A DNA stretch of 21,824 nucleotides from Gemmatimonadaceae bacterium (GCA_044224875.1 JBGAJQ010000083.1:1-21824), one strand, 5' to 3'. Positions 1 through 8,354 are shown, numbered from the stretch's first letter. Program-made: numbers and translations. Notes: generated from the letters alone by a model not told the origin.

Positions 1-180
1 GGGGTGCTGTTTGTGGCGGGAGCCGGCGACGCGCGGCAGGTCCGCGTGACACGCTATTCGCCCACCGGCGCGCGAACGCGCAGCGCGTCGTTGTCTGAGC
101 TGACGGATGGCGACCTGAAGCGACTGTTCGAGTACTCGCAGCCAAGTGCGACGTCACCCGAAGCGGGCTACGTGTCGTGA
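1..180 (+). CDS. 3' end of hypothetical protein (5'-truncated by window)
   Basis: Frame 1 is open from base 1 (GVLFVAGAGDARQVRVTRYSP...SPEAGYVS*). Its TGA at 178-180 overlaps the GTG start of the next gene (GTGA), typical of translational coupling. Confidence 0.7.
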   Translation, partial: GVLFVAGAGDARQVRVTRYSPTGARTRSASLSELTDGDLKRLFEYSQPSATSPEAGYVS

Positions 181-1049
181 CGGTTCCGTCGGCTGCGCTG
201 ACGACCGGGCAGCCGCGAGGTATTGACCTGCACCTGCATTCGACCGCGTCGGACGGTTCTCAGGAACCGGCCGTCGTGGTGGCACGAGGCATTGCCGCGC
301 AGCTGGCCGCCATCGCGCTGACGGACCACGACACGGTCGCCGGCATTGCGGCTGCCGAGGCGGCGGCCGCGGGGTCACGCACAGAAATCGTACGTGGAGT
401 GGAACTGAGCGCGTATGAAGGAACCGAGGAACATCACATCCTGGGCCTTCACCTTCACGATGCGACCCATATGGAGTCGCGACTGGAGGTGTTTCGCGAT
501 GCCCGGCGCTCGCGTGCCGAGAAGATCGTCGAGCGCCTGAATGCCGTGGGTGTTCGAATCACCTTCGACGACGTGTTGTCGCTGGCTGGCGATGCCGTGC
601 TTGGCCGACCCCACGTGGCCCGCGCCCTGGTGGAAAACGGGTGGGCCCGTGACTTGCGCGACGCCTTCGACCGATACCTGGGGCAGGGGCGTCCTGGCTA
701 CCTGGACAAGTTCCGCCTAACGATTCGCGATGCCGTGGCGCTGATTCACGACTGCGGTGGGCTCGCCGTCTTTGCGCATCCTGGCGCGACTGGGACCAGG
801 GAGCGCGTCGAGGCCTTCGCCCAGCTGGGACTCGACGGCGTTGAAGTGATCCACCCCTCGCACTCCGGCGAGGATCGGGCCCGGTTGTTGGCCTTGGCCG
901 AACACTTCAAGCTCGTGCCAAGTGGCGGCTCCGACTCGCACGGAGCCACCGAGGGGGCGCGCGTCGTTGGCGCGATGGCTGTCCCGCTCGAATGGCTGGA
1001 TCTGCAGCGCGCTCGGGTACAGGCGCGTGCACGCGCCGGCGCGAGCTGA
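177..1049 (+). CDS. PHP-domain phosphoesterase (TrpH/YciV family)
   Basis: PHP metal-binding motifs DLHLHSTASDG, TDHDT, GVELS, HILG, GRPH, AHP, GGSDSHG. Confidence 0.9.
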   Translation: MTVPSAALTTGQPRGIDLHLHSTASDGSQEPAVVVARGIAAQLAAIALTDHDTVAGIAAAEAAAAGSRTEIVRGVELSAYEGTEEHHILGLHLHDATHMESRLEVFRDARRSRAEKIVERLNAVGVRITFDDVLSLAGDAVLGRPHVARALVENGWARDLRDAFDRYLGQGRPGYLDKFRLTIRDAVALIHDCGGLAVFAHPGATGTRERVEAFAQLGLDGVEVIHPSHSGEDRARLLALAEHFKLVPSGGSDSHGATEGARVVGAMAVPLEWLDLQRARVQARARAGAS

Positions 1050-1056
1050 GGTGCCC

Positions 1057-1776
1057 GTGGAGTCTCGGGTTGCCCTCGTCACCGGCGCGGGCAAGAGACT
1101 GGGTGCGGAAATCGCCGCAGCGTTAGGCGAGCGGGGCATGTCCGTGGCCGTCCATTACCGTGGGTCGCGCCAGGGCGCCGAGGACGTCGTGGCCCGTATC
1201 CACGACGCTGGCGGCACTGGCTGGGCGGTTGAAGGAGACCTCACGGACCCAAACGTTCCAGCGCGCCTGGTCGCTCAAGTCGTGGAGCGGTTCGGTCGGT
1301 TGGACGTGCTGGTGAATTCCGCCGCATCCATGGAGCGCACGCCCTTCGGCGAAATAACGACCGAGGACTGGGACCGGATTTTGTCCCTGAATTCGCGTGC
1401 ACCCTTCTTTCTCGCGCAAGCGGCCGCGGCGCAGATGGTGGAAGGAGGAGTCATCATTAACATGGCGGATATCGCCGCGTACGAGGTTTGGTCTGGGTAC
1501 GTTCCACATGGCATCAGCAAGCAGGTGGTGGTATACGCCACCAAGGCGCTGGCTCGCTTGCTGGCGCCGCGCATTCGAGTGAACGCCATCGCGCCGGGCG
1601 TGGTATTGTTGCCGGACGGGTGGGACCCCACGCTCGACGCGCGTTTGGCCGAGACCACGCCGCTCAAGCACAACGGCACTCCGGCAGACGTGGTCCGAAC
1701 GGTCCTCTTTCTCCTCGACAGCCCGTACATCACCGGGGAAGTCATTGTCGTGGACGGCGGCCGACTCCTGCGATAG
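1057..1776 (+). CDS. Short-chain dehydrogenase/reductase, pteridine reductase (FolM/PTR1)-like
   Basis: ALVTGAGKRLG, VAVHY, VLVNSA, IRVNAIAPG, YITGEVIVVDGG. Start trimmed to GTG 1057 (GAGG at 1048-1051); GTG 1051 is also possible. The active site reads YVPHGISK, so the usual YxxxK position is HxxxK. Confidence 0.8.
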   Translation: MESRVALVTGAGKRLGAEIAAALGERGMSVAVHYRGSRQGAEDVVARIHDAGGTGWAVEGDLTDPNVPARLVAQVVERFGRLDVLVNSAASMERTPFGEITTEDWDRILSLNSRAPFFLAQAAAAQMVEGGVIINMADIAAYEVWSGYVPHGISKQVVVYATKALARLLAPRIRVNAIAPGVVLLPDGWDPTLDARLAETTPLKHNGTPADVVRTVLFLLDSPYITGEVIVVDGGRLLR

Positions 1777-1802
1777 GGAACGGCGGTCCTGTCACGAGAG
1801 TT
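1777..1802 (+). promoter_or_regulatory. Candidate ECF-sigma (SigR/SigH-like) promoter for trxB
   Basis: GGAAC (1777-1781), exactly 18 nt, then GTT (1800-1802), matching the GGAAY-N18-GTT consensus. Confidence 0.35.
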
Positions 1803-1899
1803 CGTAAGTTGAGAGAGCGCGATTCCGTGAGGGCAGGGATCCGATCAAATTTCGGAGACTGGACTCACACCGACTTTCACTGACCACTGGGGCCTTGTT

Positions 1900-2883
1900 G
1901 TGGCACTCACGCACTCGTATGACGTCGTAATTGTTGGAGCCGGCCCAGCCGGTATGACGGCGGCACTGTACGCGGGCCGTTCCATGCTGAAGACGGTCCT
2001 GTTGGAGCGAGGGGCGTCCGGCGGAGAACTCCTGAACACGGAGTTGATCGAGGACTACCCGGGATTCGAACGCATCGAAGGTTGGGACCTGGCGTCGCGC
2101 TTCGATGCCCACGCACGGAAATTCGGCGCGGAGTTTCACACTGGAAACGTCACGACGGTGCGTCGGTTGGAAGACGGCACCTTCGAGACGCAGTGCGACA
2201 ACGGCGATGTCTATCTCTCCCCCACGGTAGTCGTCACGGCGGGAGGCACCCCGGTGAAGCTGGGCGTTCCCGGTGAAGTGGAGTACGCGGGGAAGGGCGT
2301 GTCGTATTGTGCCATCTGTGACGGGGCCTTCTACAAGGGACACACCATTGCCGTTGTAGGTGGCGGTGACGCGGCAGTGGAAGAAGCCGACTTCCTGACG
2401 CGTTATGCGCAACGCGTGTACGTCATTCACCGGCGCGACGCGTTCCGCGCCTCGAAGATCCTGCAAAAGCGGCTGTTCGAGAATCCCAAGATCGAGGTAA
2501 TCTGGGACACCACGGTGGAGTCGATCCACGGGGATCAGCAGGGCCTGGTGGATCACCTGAACCTCCGTCACACGAACACTGGCGCGTCGAGCGAGTTGAA
2601 GGTGACGGGGATCTTCGTGTTCGTCGGGTTCAAGCCGAACACGGGCATTATCGCCGACCACCTGGACCACGATCCGTCCGGCTACCTCATCACCGACGCC
2701 AACATGGCCACATCCATTCCGGGCCTGTTTGCCGCCGGGGATGTGCGCGTTCAGCTGACGCGACAGGTCACGACCGCGGTTGGTGACGGCACAACGGCCG
2801 CGATCGCTGCCGAGAAGTACCTCAGCGCCAAGCGAGATCGTGAGGCTGCCGAGGCCGCCGGCGCGGCTGGGGCCACCGCGTGA
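1900..2883 (+). CDS. trxB: Thioredoxin-disulfide reductase
   Basis: GAGPAG FAD motif, GVSYCAICDG redox CxxC, GGGDAA NADPH motif, HRRD, TSIPGLFAAGD, TAVGDG. Confidence 0.95.
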   Translation: MALTHSYDVVIVGAGPAGMTAALYAGRSMLKTVLLERGASGGELLNTELIEDYPGFERIEGWDLASRFDAHARKFGAEFHTGNVTTVRRLEDGTFETQCDNGDVYLSPTVVVTAGGTPVKLGVPGEVEYAGKGVSYCAICDGAFYKGHTIAVVGGGDAAVEEADFLTRYAQRVYVIHRRDAFRASKILQKRLFENPKIEVIWDTTVESIHGDQQGLVDHLNLRHTNTGASSELKVTGIFVFVGFKPNTGIIADHLDHDPSGYLITDANMATSIPGLFAAGDVRVQLTRQVTTAVGDGTTAAIAAEKYLSAKRDREAAEAAGAAGATA

Positions 2884-3521
2884 AGGTTCAGACATTCGTC
2901 ACTGGCGCCTTCCAGGAAAACTGCTACCTGGTGACGGACACGGACTCCGGGCAGGCAGTGATCATCGATCCCGGCGCCGACGGTGAGCGTTTGGTCGATG
3001 CGGTCCGACGCGCAAAGGTGCAGTTGACGAGCGTCTGGGTCACCCACGCGCACGTGGACCACATTGGGGGCATCGCGCCGATCGTGCGCGCGTTCAACGT
3101 GCCGGTCTTCGCGCACCCTGCTGGTCGCATCATGTACGATCGCGGCGCCGAGGTCGCTCAACTCTACGGCGTTCCGTTCGAGAGTCCGCCGCCCCCAGAC
3201 CGCGAGCTCGCGGAGGGTGACACGCTTGCCGTTGGCAGATTGCGGTTCGCGGTCATGGAAACGCCTGGTCACGCGCCGGGTCACGTAACGATACACGGTG
3301 AAGGCGTGGCATTCGTGGGCGATTGTCTCTTCGCTGGCTCCATCGGACGCACAGACCTACCACTCAGCGACGGACGGCAGTTGGAAGCATCGCTGGCCCG
3401 CATCGCCACCCTCCCCGAGGCGACGGTCGTGTACTCCGGGCATGGCCCGGCCACCACCGTTGGCGAGGAGCTGCAGACGAATCCGTTCCTCACGGGCATC
3501 GCACGACCGATCAAACGTTAG
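2880..3521 (+). CDS. Metallo-beta-lactamase-fold hydrolase (glyoxalase II/YcbL-like)
   Basis: THAHVDHIGG (HxHxDH), TPGHAPGH, GDCLFAGSIGRTDL, SGHG, NPFL. GTGA overlap with the trxB stop. Confidence 0.9.
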   Translation: MKVQTFVTGAFQENCYLVTDTDSGQAVIIDPGADGERLVDAVRRAKVQLTSVWVTHAHVDHIGGIAPIVRAFNVPVFAHPAGRIMYDRGAEVAQLYGVPFESPPPPDRELAEGDTLAVGRLRFAVMETPGHAPGHVTIHGEGVAFVGDCLFAGSIGRTDLPLSDGRQLEASLARIATLPEATVVYSGHGPATTVGEELQTNPFLTGIARPIKR

Positions 3522-3526
3522 GCACC

Positions 3527-3991
3527 ATGCGTCGATGGATTCCCTTATTGGTGGCGGCATGGCTCGGCGCGTCAGTGCTGGCAGCCACTACCGTCGCGCC
3601 GGCCGCATTCGCCGTCCTTCCGAGTCGGACGCTCGCTGGCGCCCTCGTGGGTCGTGTGCTCCCGGTCCTGTTCGTCTCCGGAGCTCTCATCGGCGCAACC
3701 GTGTTTCTCGCGCTCGTTCTCTCACCAGCGAGTCCTCGCCGTCGCGCGCTTCAGGCCGTCGTTGCCACATGGTGTGTGGTACTCCTTGCGTCGCAGCTGG
3801 TGGTGACACCGCGAATCCAGGAGTTGCGCGCCGGTTCGCCGATTGACGCGCTCGACCGCTCCGACCCGCGCCGGGTGGCCTTCGGTCGACTTCACGGACT
3901 GAGTGTCGGTCTGTTGGGAGTAGGGATGTTGGCTGCGTTAGTTGTTCTGGTGTGGGGGCCGGCGCCACGTCGTCCTGACGGGCGGGAGTAG
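3527..3991 (+). CDS. Four-TM membrane protein, DUF4149/TMEM205-like
   Basis: ATG 3527 five nt after the previous stop. Four hydrophobic segments, VAPAAFAVLPSRTLAGALVGRV and AFGRLHGLSV patterns resemble DUF4149. Confidence 0.7.
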   Translation: MRRWIPLLVAAWLGASVLAATTVAPAAFAVLPSRTLAGALVGRVLPVLFVSGALIGATVFLALVLSPASPRRRALQAVVATWCVVLLASQLVVTPRIQELRAGSPIDALDRSDPRRVAFGRLHGLSVGLLGVGMLAALVVLVWGPAPRRPDGRE

Positions 3992-4107
3992 GGCGATCGC
4001 GCTCGCGTCACCGCGGTTCCATCGCCAAATTTGAACTGCCCCCACACCCCCGATGTCCGGGCAATCAGGCTCGGATCACCGACTCTTAGACCCTCGACTG
4101 GTATCCT

Positions 4108-4953
4108 ATGACGCCTGATTCGTCGAGCACTGCTGCACCTACCCGCCGGCGAAATCGCTGGGCGTGGGGCGCTGTCCTTGCCGCCACCGCCGCTGTTGTC
4201 GCCTGCGAAGGAAGTCTCACCGTAGCCGGGAGTAACGCGACCTGGGGCTTCATTACCATCGCGGCCGCCAAGAGCAACGCCGGCGCGTACCGAACGGCCC
4301 CCCTCGGACAATTCTTCAAGGGTAACCTTTCCTCAGTTCCCAACGCCCAGATCGTCTTCGACTCTTGTGTTCCGGGACTTTCCTACGCAGACGCTGTCGA
4401 AATCGTGACCGGTGTGACGTTCCTGGATGCAGGAGAGAACATCACGTTGCAGCTTGGCGGCAAGACAGAGACGCTGCCGCGACTCATCGGGTCCGTAAAC
4501 ACCACCTATCAGAAAGGACTGACGGCGCCGGTTTCCTACACGCCCGGCGATTCCGTCGTGGTCACCATTCCAGGCGCAACGGGCGGGTATCCCGCCGCCG
4601 AGATCCGCGCCAAGACCGCCGAGCCGTTTACGAATGACAACGTGGTCATTCCCAACGGTACCGGAGCGATCCAATTCCGATGGACGCCCTCCACGGATCT
4701 CAACAGTGCCATGATTGTTTCCCTGCGATACCGGCCAGCGAACTCGAACCGAATCTCCGCACAGGTTCTTTGTTCCTTTACGGATGACGGTGTGGACTCG
4801 ATACCCTTCCGCAACCATCGCTTCTGGTCGGACAGCTCGAACCTGGCGCGTGAGGTCGTCTTTACCAGGTTGCGTACCGCCATCAAGTCACAGGGCAGCG
4901 GTGTGCTGGAAGTCATCTCGCGCTATCAAACGCCGGTTCCCTTGCTTCCGTAG
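4108..4953 (+). CDS. Hypothetical lipoprotein
   Basis: Basic N-region (TRRRNR), hydrophobic H-region and lipobox-like VVA-C at residue 33. Mature part is Thr/Gly/Val rich and looks beta-rich. No family recognised. Confidence 0.7.
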   Translation: MTPDSSSTAAPTRRRNRWAWGAVLAATAAVVACEGSLTVAGSNATWGFITIAAAKSNAGAYRTAPLGQFFKGNLSSVPNAQIVFDSCVPGLSYADAVEIVTGVTFLDAGENITLQLGGKTETLPRLIGSVNTTYQKGLTAPVSYTPGDSVVVTIPGATGGYPAAEIRAKTAEPFTNDNVVIPNGTGAIQFRWTPSTDLNSAMIVSLRYRPANSNRISAQVLCSFTDDGVDSIPFRNHRFWSDSSNLAREVVFTRLRTAIKSQGSGVLEVISRYQTPVPLLP

Positions 4954-5004
4954 CCGCCGCGCCGGATGCGCATGTTGCAGCATGCCGCAAATGCTCCGTT
5001 CACT

Positions 5005-5035
5005 CCGCCCGTCTCGGCCCTGCCGTGACGGGCGG
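5005..5035 (+). other. GC-rich stem-loop upstream of aspA
   Basis: CCGCCCGTC-T-CGGC-CCT-GCCG-T-GACGGGCGG, 9+4 bp, no U tract. Could be a terminator, pause or stability element. Confidence 0.4.
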
Positions 5036-5067
5036 CAATCGTATCAGCGCCCTCGGATTCTCCTGCC

Positions 5068-6492
5068 ATGACCGCCACGCGTACTGAGAAGGATCCACTG
5101 GGGACTCTGGACGTCCCTGCCGATGCGCTGTACGGCGTGCAAACCCTCCGCGCCGTGCAGAACTTCCCGATCAGTGGCCTCAAGCCGCTGGAGCCCTTTG
5201 TCGTGGCTCAGGTCTGGATCAAGAAGGCCGCGGCCCTCACTCACAAGGAAACGGGTCGACTCGATGGCAAGCTGGCGGATGCCATTGTCATGGCCGCCGA
5301 CGAGGTCCTGGCGGGACAGCATCGTGACCAGTTTGTCGTGGATCCGTATCAGGCCGGCGCTGGAACGTCGCACAACATGAATGCCAACGAGGTCTTGGCC
5401 AATCGGGCCAACGAGTTGTTAGGCGGCAAGCGCGGCGAATACAAGCCAGTTCACCCGAATGACCACGTGAACATGGCGCAAAGCACGAACGACACGATTC
5501 CAACGAATATTCGACTCGCCGCGCTCTCGCAGTTGGCGCCCCTGACGGCGGCCCTCGAACAGCTCCGCGATGCGCTGAATGAAAAAGCCCGTGAGTTCGA
5601 CGGCATCGTGAAGGCGGGGCGCACGCACTTGCAGGACGCCATGCCGATCCGACTGGGACAGGAATTCGCTGCGTACGCCGGATCGATCGACCGCGGCATT
5701 CGTCGCATCCGAGAAGCCGCCGACTACCTGAAGGACCTCGGGATCGGTGGAAGCGCGGTCGGCACTGGCGTCACCGTAGAGGCGGCATATCCGCAGTTGA
5801 TGAATCGCCATCTGCGACAGATCAGCGGCATCGATGTGCGCGTGGGCGCAGACTTCATTCAGTTGATGCAGAGCATGGGTGATGTCGCCGCATTCTCATC
5901 GGCGTTGAAGGTGCTGGCAATCGACCTGAGCAAGATCGTCAGCGACCTGCGGTTGATGGTGATGGGGCCGCGAACAGGTATCGACGAGATCGTCTTGCCC
6001 GCGGTGCAGCCGGGGTCGTCGATCATGCCGGGCAAGATCAACCCCAGTATTCCCGAGATGGTCAACCAGGTGTGCTTCCAGGTCATCGGATGCGATACCA
6101 CGGTGGCGATAGCCGCCGAGCATGGCCAGCTCGAACTCAACGTCATGATGCCGGTCATCGCGCACAACGTGCTGCTATCGATGCTTATCCTGCGCAACGC
6201 GGTCACCGTGCTCACGGAGAAGTGTGTCCGGGGCATACTCGCGCACCGAGAGATGTGTGAGTATTGGGTGGAACGATCGGCTGCATTGGCGACTGCGCTG
6301 GCCCCGCAAATCGGCTACGCCGCAGCGGCGGAAATCAGCAAGCGGTCCGTCCGCGAGGGCATCCTGATTCGCGATCTGGTGAAGCGGGAAGGAGTTATCC
6401 CAGCAGGCGAAGTGGACGACGTATTGGACCTGCGCAAAATGACGGAGATCGGCGTACCTGGGGGAGAGGATGGGGTGGCGGGAGCCGGTTAG
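5068..6492 (+). CDS. aspA: Aspartate ammonia-lyase (fumarase class II/aspartase superfamily)
   Basis: GSSIMPGKINP signature, GRTHLQDA, QSTND. QAGAGTSHNMN is AspA-like rather than FumC-like (QTGSGTQxNMN). FumC activity is not excluded. Confidence 0.75.
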   Translation: MTATRTEKDPLGTLDVPADALYGVQTLRAVQNFPISGLKPLEPFVVAQVWIKKAAALTHKETGRLDGKLADAIVMAADEVLAGQHRDQFVVDPYQAGAGTSHNMNANEVLANRANELLGGKRGEYKPVHPNDHVNMAQSTNDTIPTNIRLAALSQLAPLTAALEQLRDALNEKAREFDGIVKAGRTHLQDAMPIRLGQEFAAYAGSIDRGIRRIREAADYLKDLGIGGSAVGTGVTVEAAYPQLMNRHLRQISGIDVRVGADFIQLMQSMGDVAAFSSALKVLAIDLSKIVSDLRLMVMGPRTGIDEIVLPAVQPGSSIMPGKINPSIPEMVNQVCFQVIGCDTTVAIAAEHGQLELNVMMPVIAHNVLLSMLILRNAVTVLTEKCVRGILAHREMCEYWVERSAALATALAPQIGYAAAAEISKRSVREGILIRDLVKREGVIPAGEVDDVLDLRKMTEIGVPGGEDGVAGAG

Positions 6493-6506
6493 TTCTCGAG
6501 AGCACC

Positions 6507-6555
6507 GCAACAACACTGTCTCGTTCGTCACTGGACGACGGTGCAACAACACCGT
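6507..6555 (+). repeat. 13-bp direct repeat GCAACAACAC(T/C)GT x2 upstream of the Rrf2 gene
   Basis: Copies at 6507-6519 and 6543-6555, 12/13 identical, 36-bp period. Confidence 0.75.
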
Positions 6556-6568
6556 TATCCTGCTTCCT

Positions 6569-7048
6569 ATGCGTATCACGACCTGGGCCGAGTATGGGCT
6601 TATTTCCTCGCTGCATTTGGCCCGCCGTCAGGGGGAGGGCCCGGTTACAGGTCGCGACGTGGCAGCCGCGGAGCGTCTTCCGGCGGACTACGTAGAGCAG
6701 ATCCTGTTGCGCCTTCGCCGCGCGGGGATCGTCGACTCCGTGCGTGGGGCGAGGGGTGGCTACGTGCTGGCCCGGGACGCCGCGAACATCACTGTCCGAG
6801 AGATCATCGCGGCCTCCGAGCACGCGACGTTTGACTTGCACTGCGTCTCCCATCCCGTCGCCGAGGAGCGTTGCTCCGATTCCCAGCATTGCTCGATTCG
6901 TCCGGTCTGGCTGATGCTACAGCGTCGTATCGACGACGCGTTGGATAGTGTGCGCCTCGGCGACCTTCTTCAGGATGAGCCGACGGTGCGCAAGCGAGTC
7001 GGCCTTCCGGTGCTGGCCGCACCGGCTCACGCGGCCCTGCAGGCCTGA
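6569..7048 (+). CDS. Rrf2-family transcriptional regulator, IscR-like with three Cys
   Basis: MRITTWAEYGL start, wHTH with YVEQILLRLRRAGIVDSVRGARGGYVLA, C-x9-C-x5-C then IRPVW. Start trimmed to ATG 6569. Confidence 0.9.
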   Translation: MRITTWAEYGLISSLHLARRQGEGPVTGRDVAAAERLPADYVEQILLRLRRAGIVDSVRGARGGYVLARDAANITVREIIAASEHATFDLHCVSHPVAEERCSDSQHCSIRPVWLMLQRRIDDALDSVRLGDLLQDEPTVRKRVGLPVLAAPAHAALQA

Positions 7049-7056
7049 GGCGATCC

Positions 7057-7623
7057 ATGTCGCGCAGTTTGTTCGACGACTGGCGGCAGGAGTGGCGCTT
7101 GCGCCGGGGAGCCGCCGCCTTCGTTGAAGGGTTACTCGCCGACCCGTCGCCGGAGGACGTGACCGCACTGGCGACCATGGTCCAGGTTGATGAAGACCGG
7201 GCGCGCTGGGAGCTGCGCTACGCACGACGCACGTTAGGCGTGCTGGTCGCGCAGCGCGATGCGCTGGACGATCGTACCGGATCGGAGGTTGCGCGCGAAC
7301 TCGCGTCGGCCATGCACAACGACCGTCACATTGCCGCTGACATGGTGCGAGTCGCCGACCGTCAGCTCAACGAGCGTCTCACCGCGTACCGAGAGGTGCT
7401 CACGACGCGACGTCCCGATGAAGGCGTGGAGACGCGCCTCGGGCGCGTTCTGCTGCGGCTTACGGGATGGAACGGGCCTGCCTCGGAGGACCGCGCGGGA
7501 ATGGCCGGTACCCTCATGCTACGGTACCTGACCGAGGCGAACGACGCGCTACGGAAGGCGTTTGGGACGGCGTCGCTGCCCGAGGACCTTCCGCCGTCAG
7601 CCGCGCGTTCAGGAAAACCCTAG
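7057..7623 (+). CDS. Hypothetical alpha-helical protein
   Basis: 188-aa ORF starting 8 nt after the Rrf2 stop with a GAGG SD, ending before a terminator-like hairpin. No family recognised. Confidence 0.7.
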   Translation: MSRSLFDDWRQEWRLRRGAAAFVEGLLADPSPEDVTALATMVQVDEDRARWELRYARRTLGVLVAQRDALDDRTGSEVARELASAMHNDRHIAADMVRVADRQLNERLTAYREVLTTRRPDEGVETRLGRVLLRLTGWNGPASEDRAGMAGTLMLRYLTEANDALRKAFGTASLPEDLPPSAARSGKP

Positions 7624-7634
7624 TCCAGAACGCC

Positions 7635-7667
7635 AAAGCGCGACGGGTCCGTAGACTCGCCGCGCTT
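7635..7667 (-). terminator. Hairpin between convergent genes, probable terminator of the tRNA-Leu transcript (possibly bidirectional)
   Basis: Minus strand AAGCGCGGCGAGTC-TACG-GACCCGTCGCGCTT-T: 14-bp imperfect stem with C(UACG)G loop and a short U run. Confidence 0.6.
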
Positions 7668-7669
7668 CG

Positions 7670-7758
<89 letters not shown>

Positions 7759-7768
7759 AAGGACGCGG

Positions 7769-7797
7769 AAGCTATCGGCCCCGAAATGCCAAGTCAA
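7769..7797 (-). promoter_or_regulatory. Sigma70-type promoter of tRNA-Leu
   Basis: Minus strand TTGACT (7797-7792), 17 nt, TAGCTT (7774-7769), then GC-rich CCGCG discriminator. Mature tRNA starts 10 nt after the -10. Confidence 0.7.
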
Positions 7798-7880
7798 CGG
7801 AATGACGGGAGATACGCCACCAGCGTCCTTTGGTATGCGGACTCGCTACTATTCGTCGTGGAATCACGAAACACTGCATG

Positions 7881-8354
7881 ATGCCGAAAGCCGCCGAGAC
7901 GGAACCCGACAAGCAAGTCGTTGCACGGAACCGTAGCGCACGCCACGAATACCACATTCTCGACACATGGGAAGCGGGCCTCGTGCTGAGCGGAACGGAG
8001 GTGAAGGCATTGCGTGACGGGAAGGCGAACATCGGCGACGCGTACGGAATCGTCACCAAGGGCGAAGTGTTCCTCCTCAATGCCCACATCTCGCCGTATG
8101 AACGCGGAGGGTACGTCAACCACGAACCGACGCGATCGCGCAAGCTGCTCCTGCACAAGCGTGAAATCCGCAAGCTGATCGGCGCCGTGGAGCGGCAAGG
8201 ACTGACACTGGTGCCGTTGGAGCTGTACTTCCGGAAGGGGCGCGCGAAGGTGGTGCTGGCCCTCGCGAAGGGGAAGAAGCTGCATGACAAGCGGGACGAT
8301 TCGCGACAACGCGACGCCGAGCGGGAAATGGCCCGGGCCTTCCGCAAGCGATGA
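7881..8354 (+). CDS. smpB: SsrA-binding protein SmpB
   Basis: NRSARHEYHILDTWEAGLVLSGTEVKALR, RKLLLHKREI, GKKLHDKR. Start is ATG 7878 or 7881. Confidence 0.97.
   Translation: MPKAAETEPDKQVVARNRSARHEYHILDTWEAGLVLSGTEVKALRDGKANIGDAYGIVTKGEVFLLNAHISPYERGGYVNHEPTRSRKLLLHKREIRKLIGAVERQGLTLVPLELYFRKGRAKVVLALAKGKKLHDKRDDSRQRDAEREMARAFRKR

Noticed and set aside
922..1056. Extended N-termini from the ORF track (922, 3323, 6470, 7830, 10428, 12954, 14405, 14693, 19656)
   Set aside because: They overlap upstream genes or regulatory structures, and family homology begins at the later starts used above.
6507..6555. Mini CRISPR array
   Set aside because: Two 13-bp units only, far shorter than CRISPR repeats, and no cas genes.
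7759..7880. tmRNA (ssrA) beside smpB
   Set aside because: The spacer is ~120 nt, too short, and has no GGGG...CCA tRNA-Ala-like ends.
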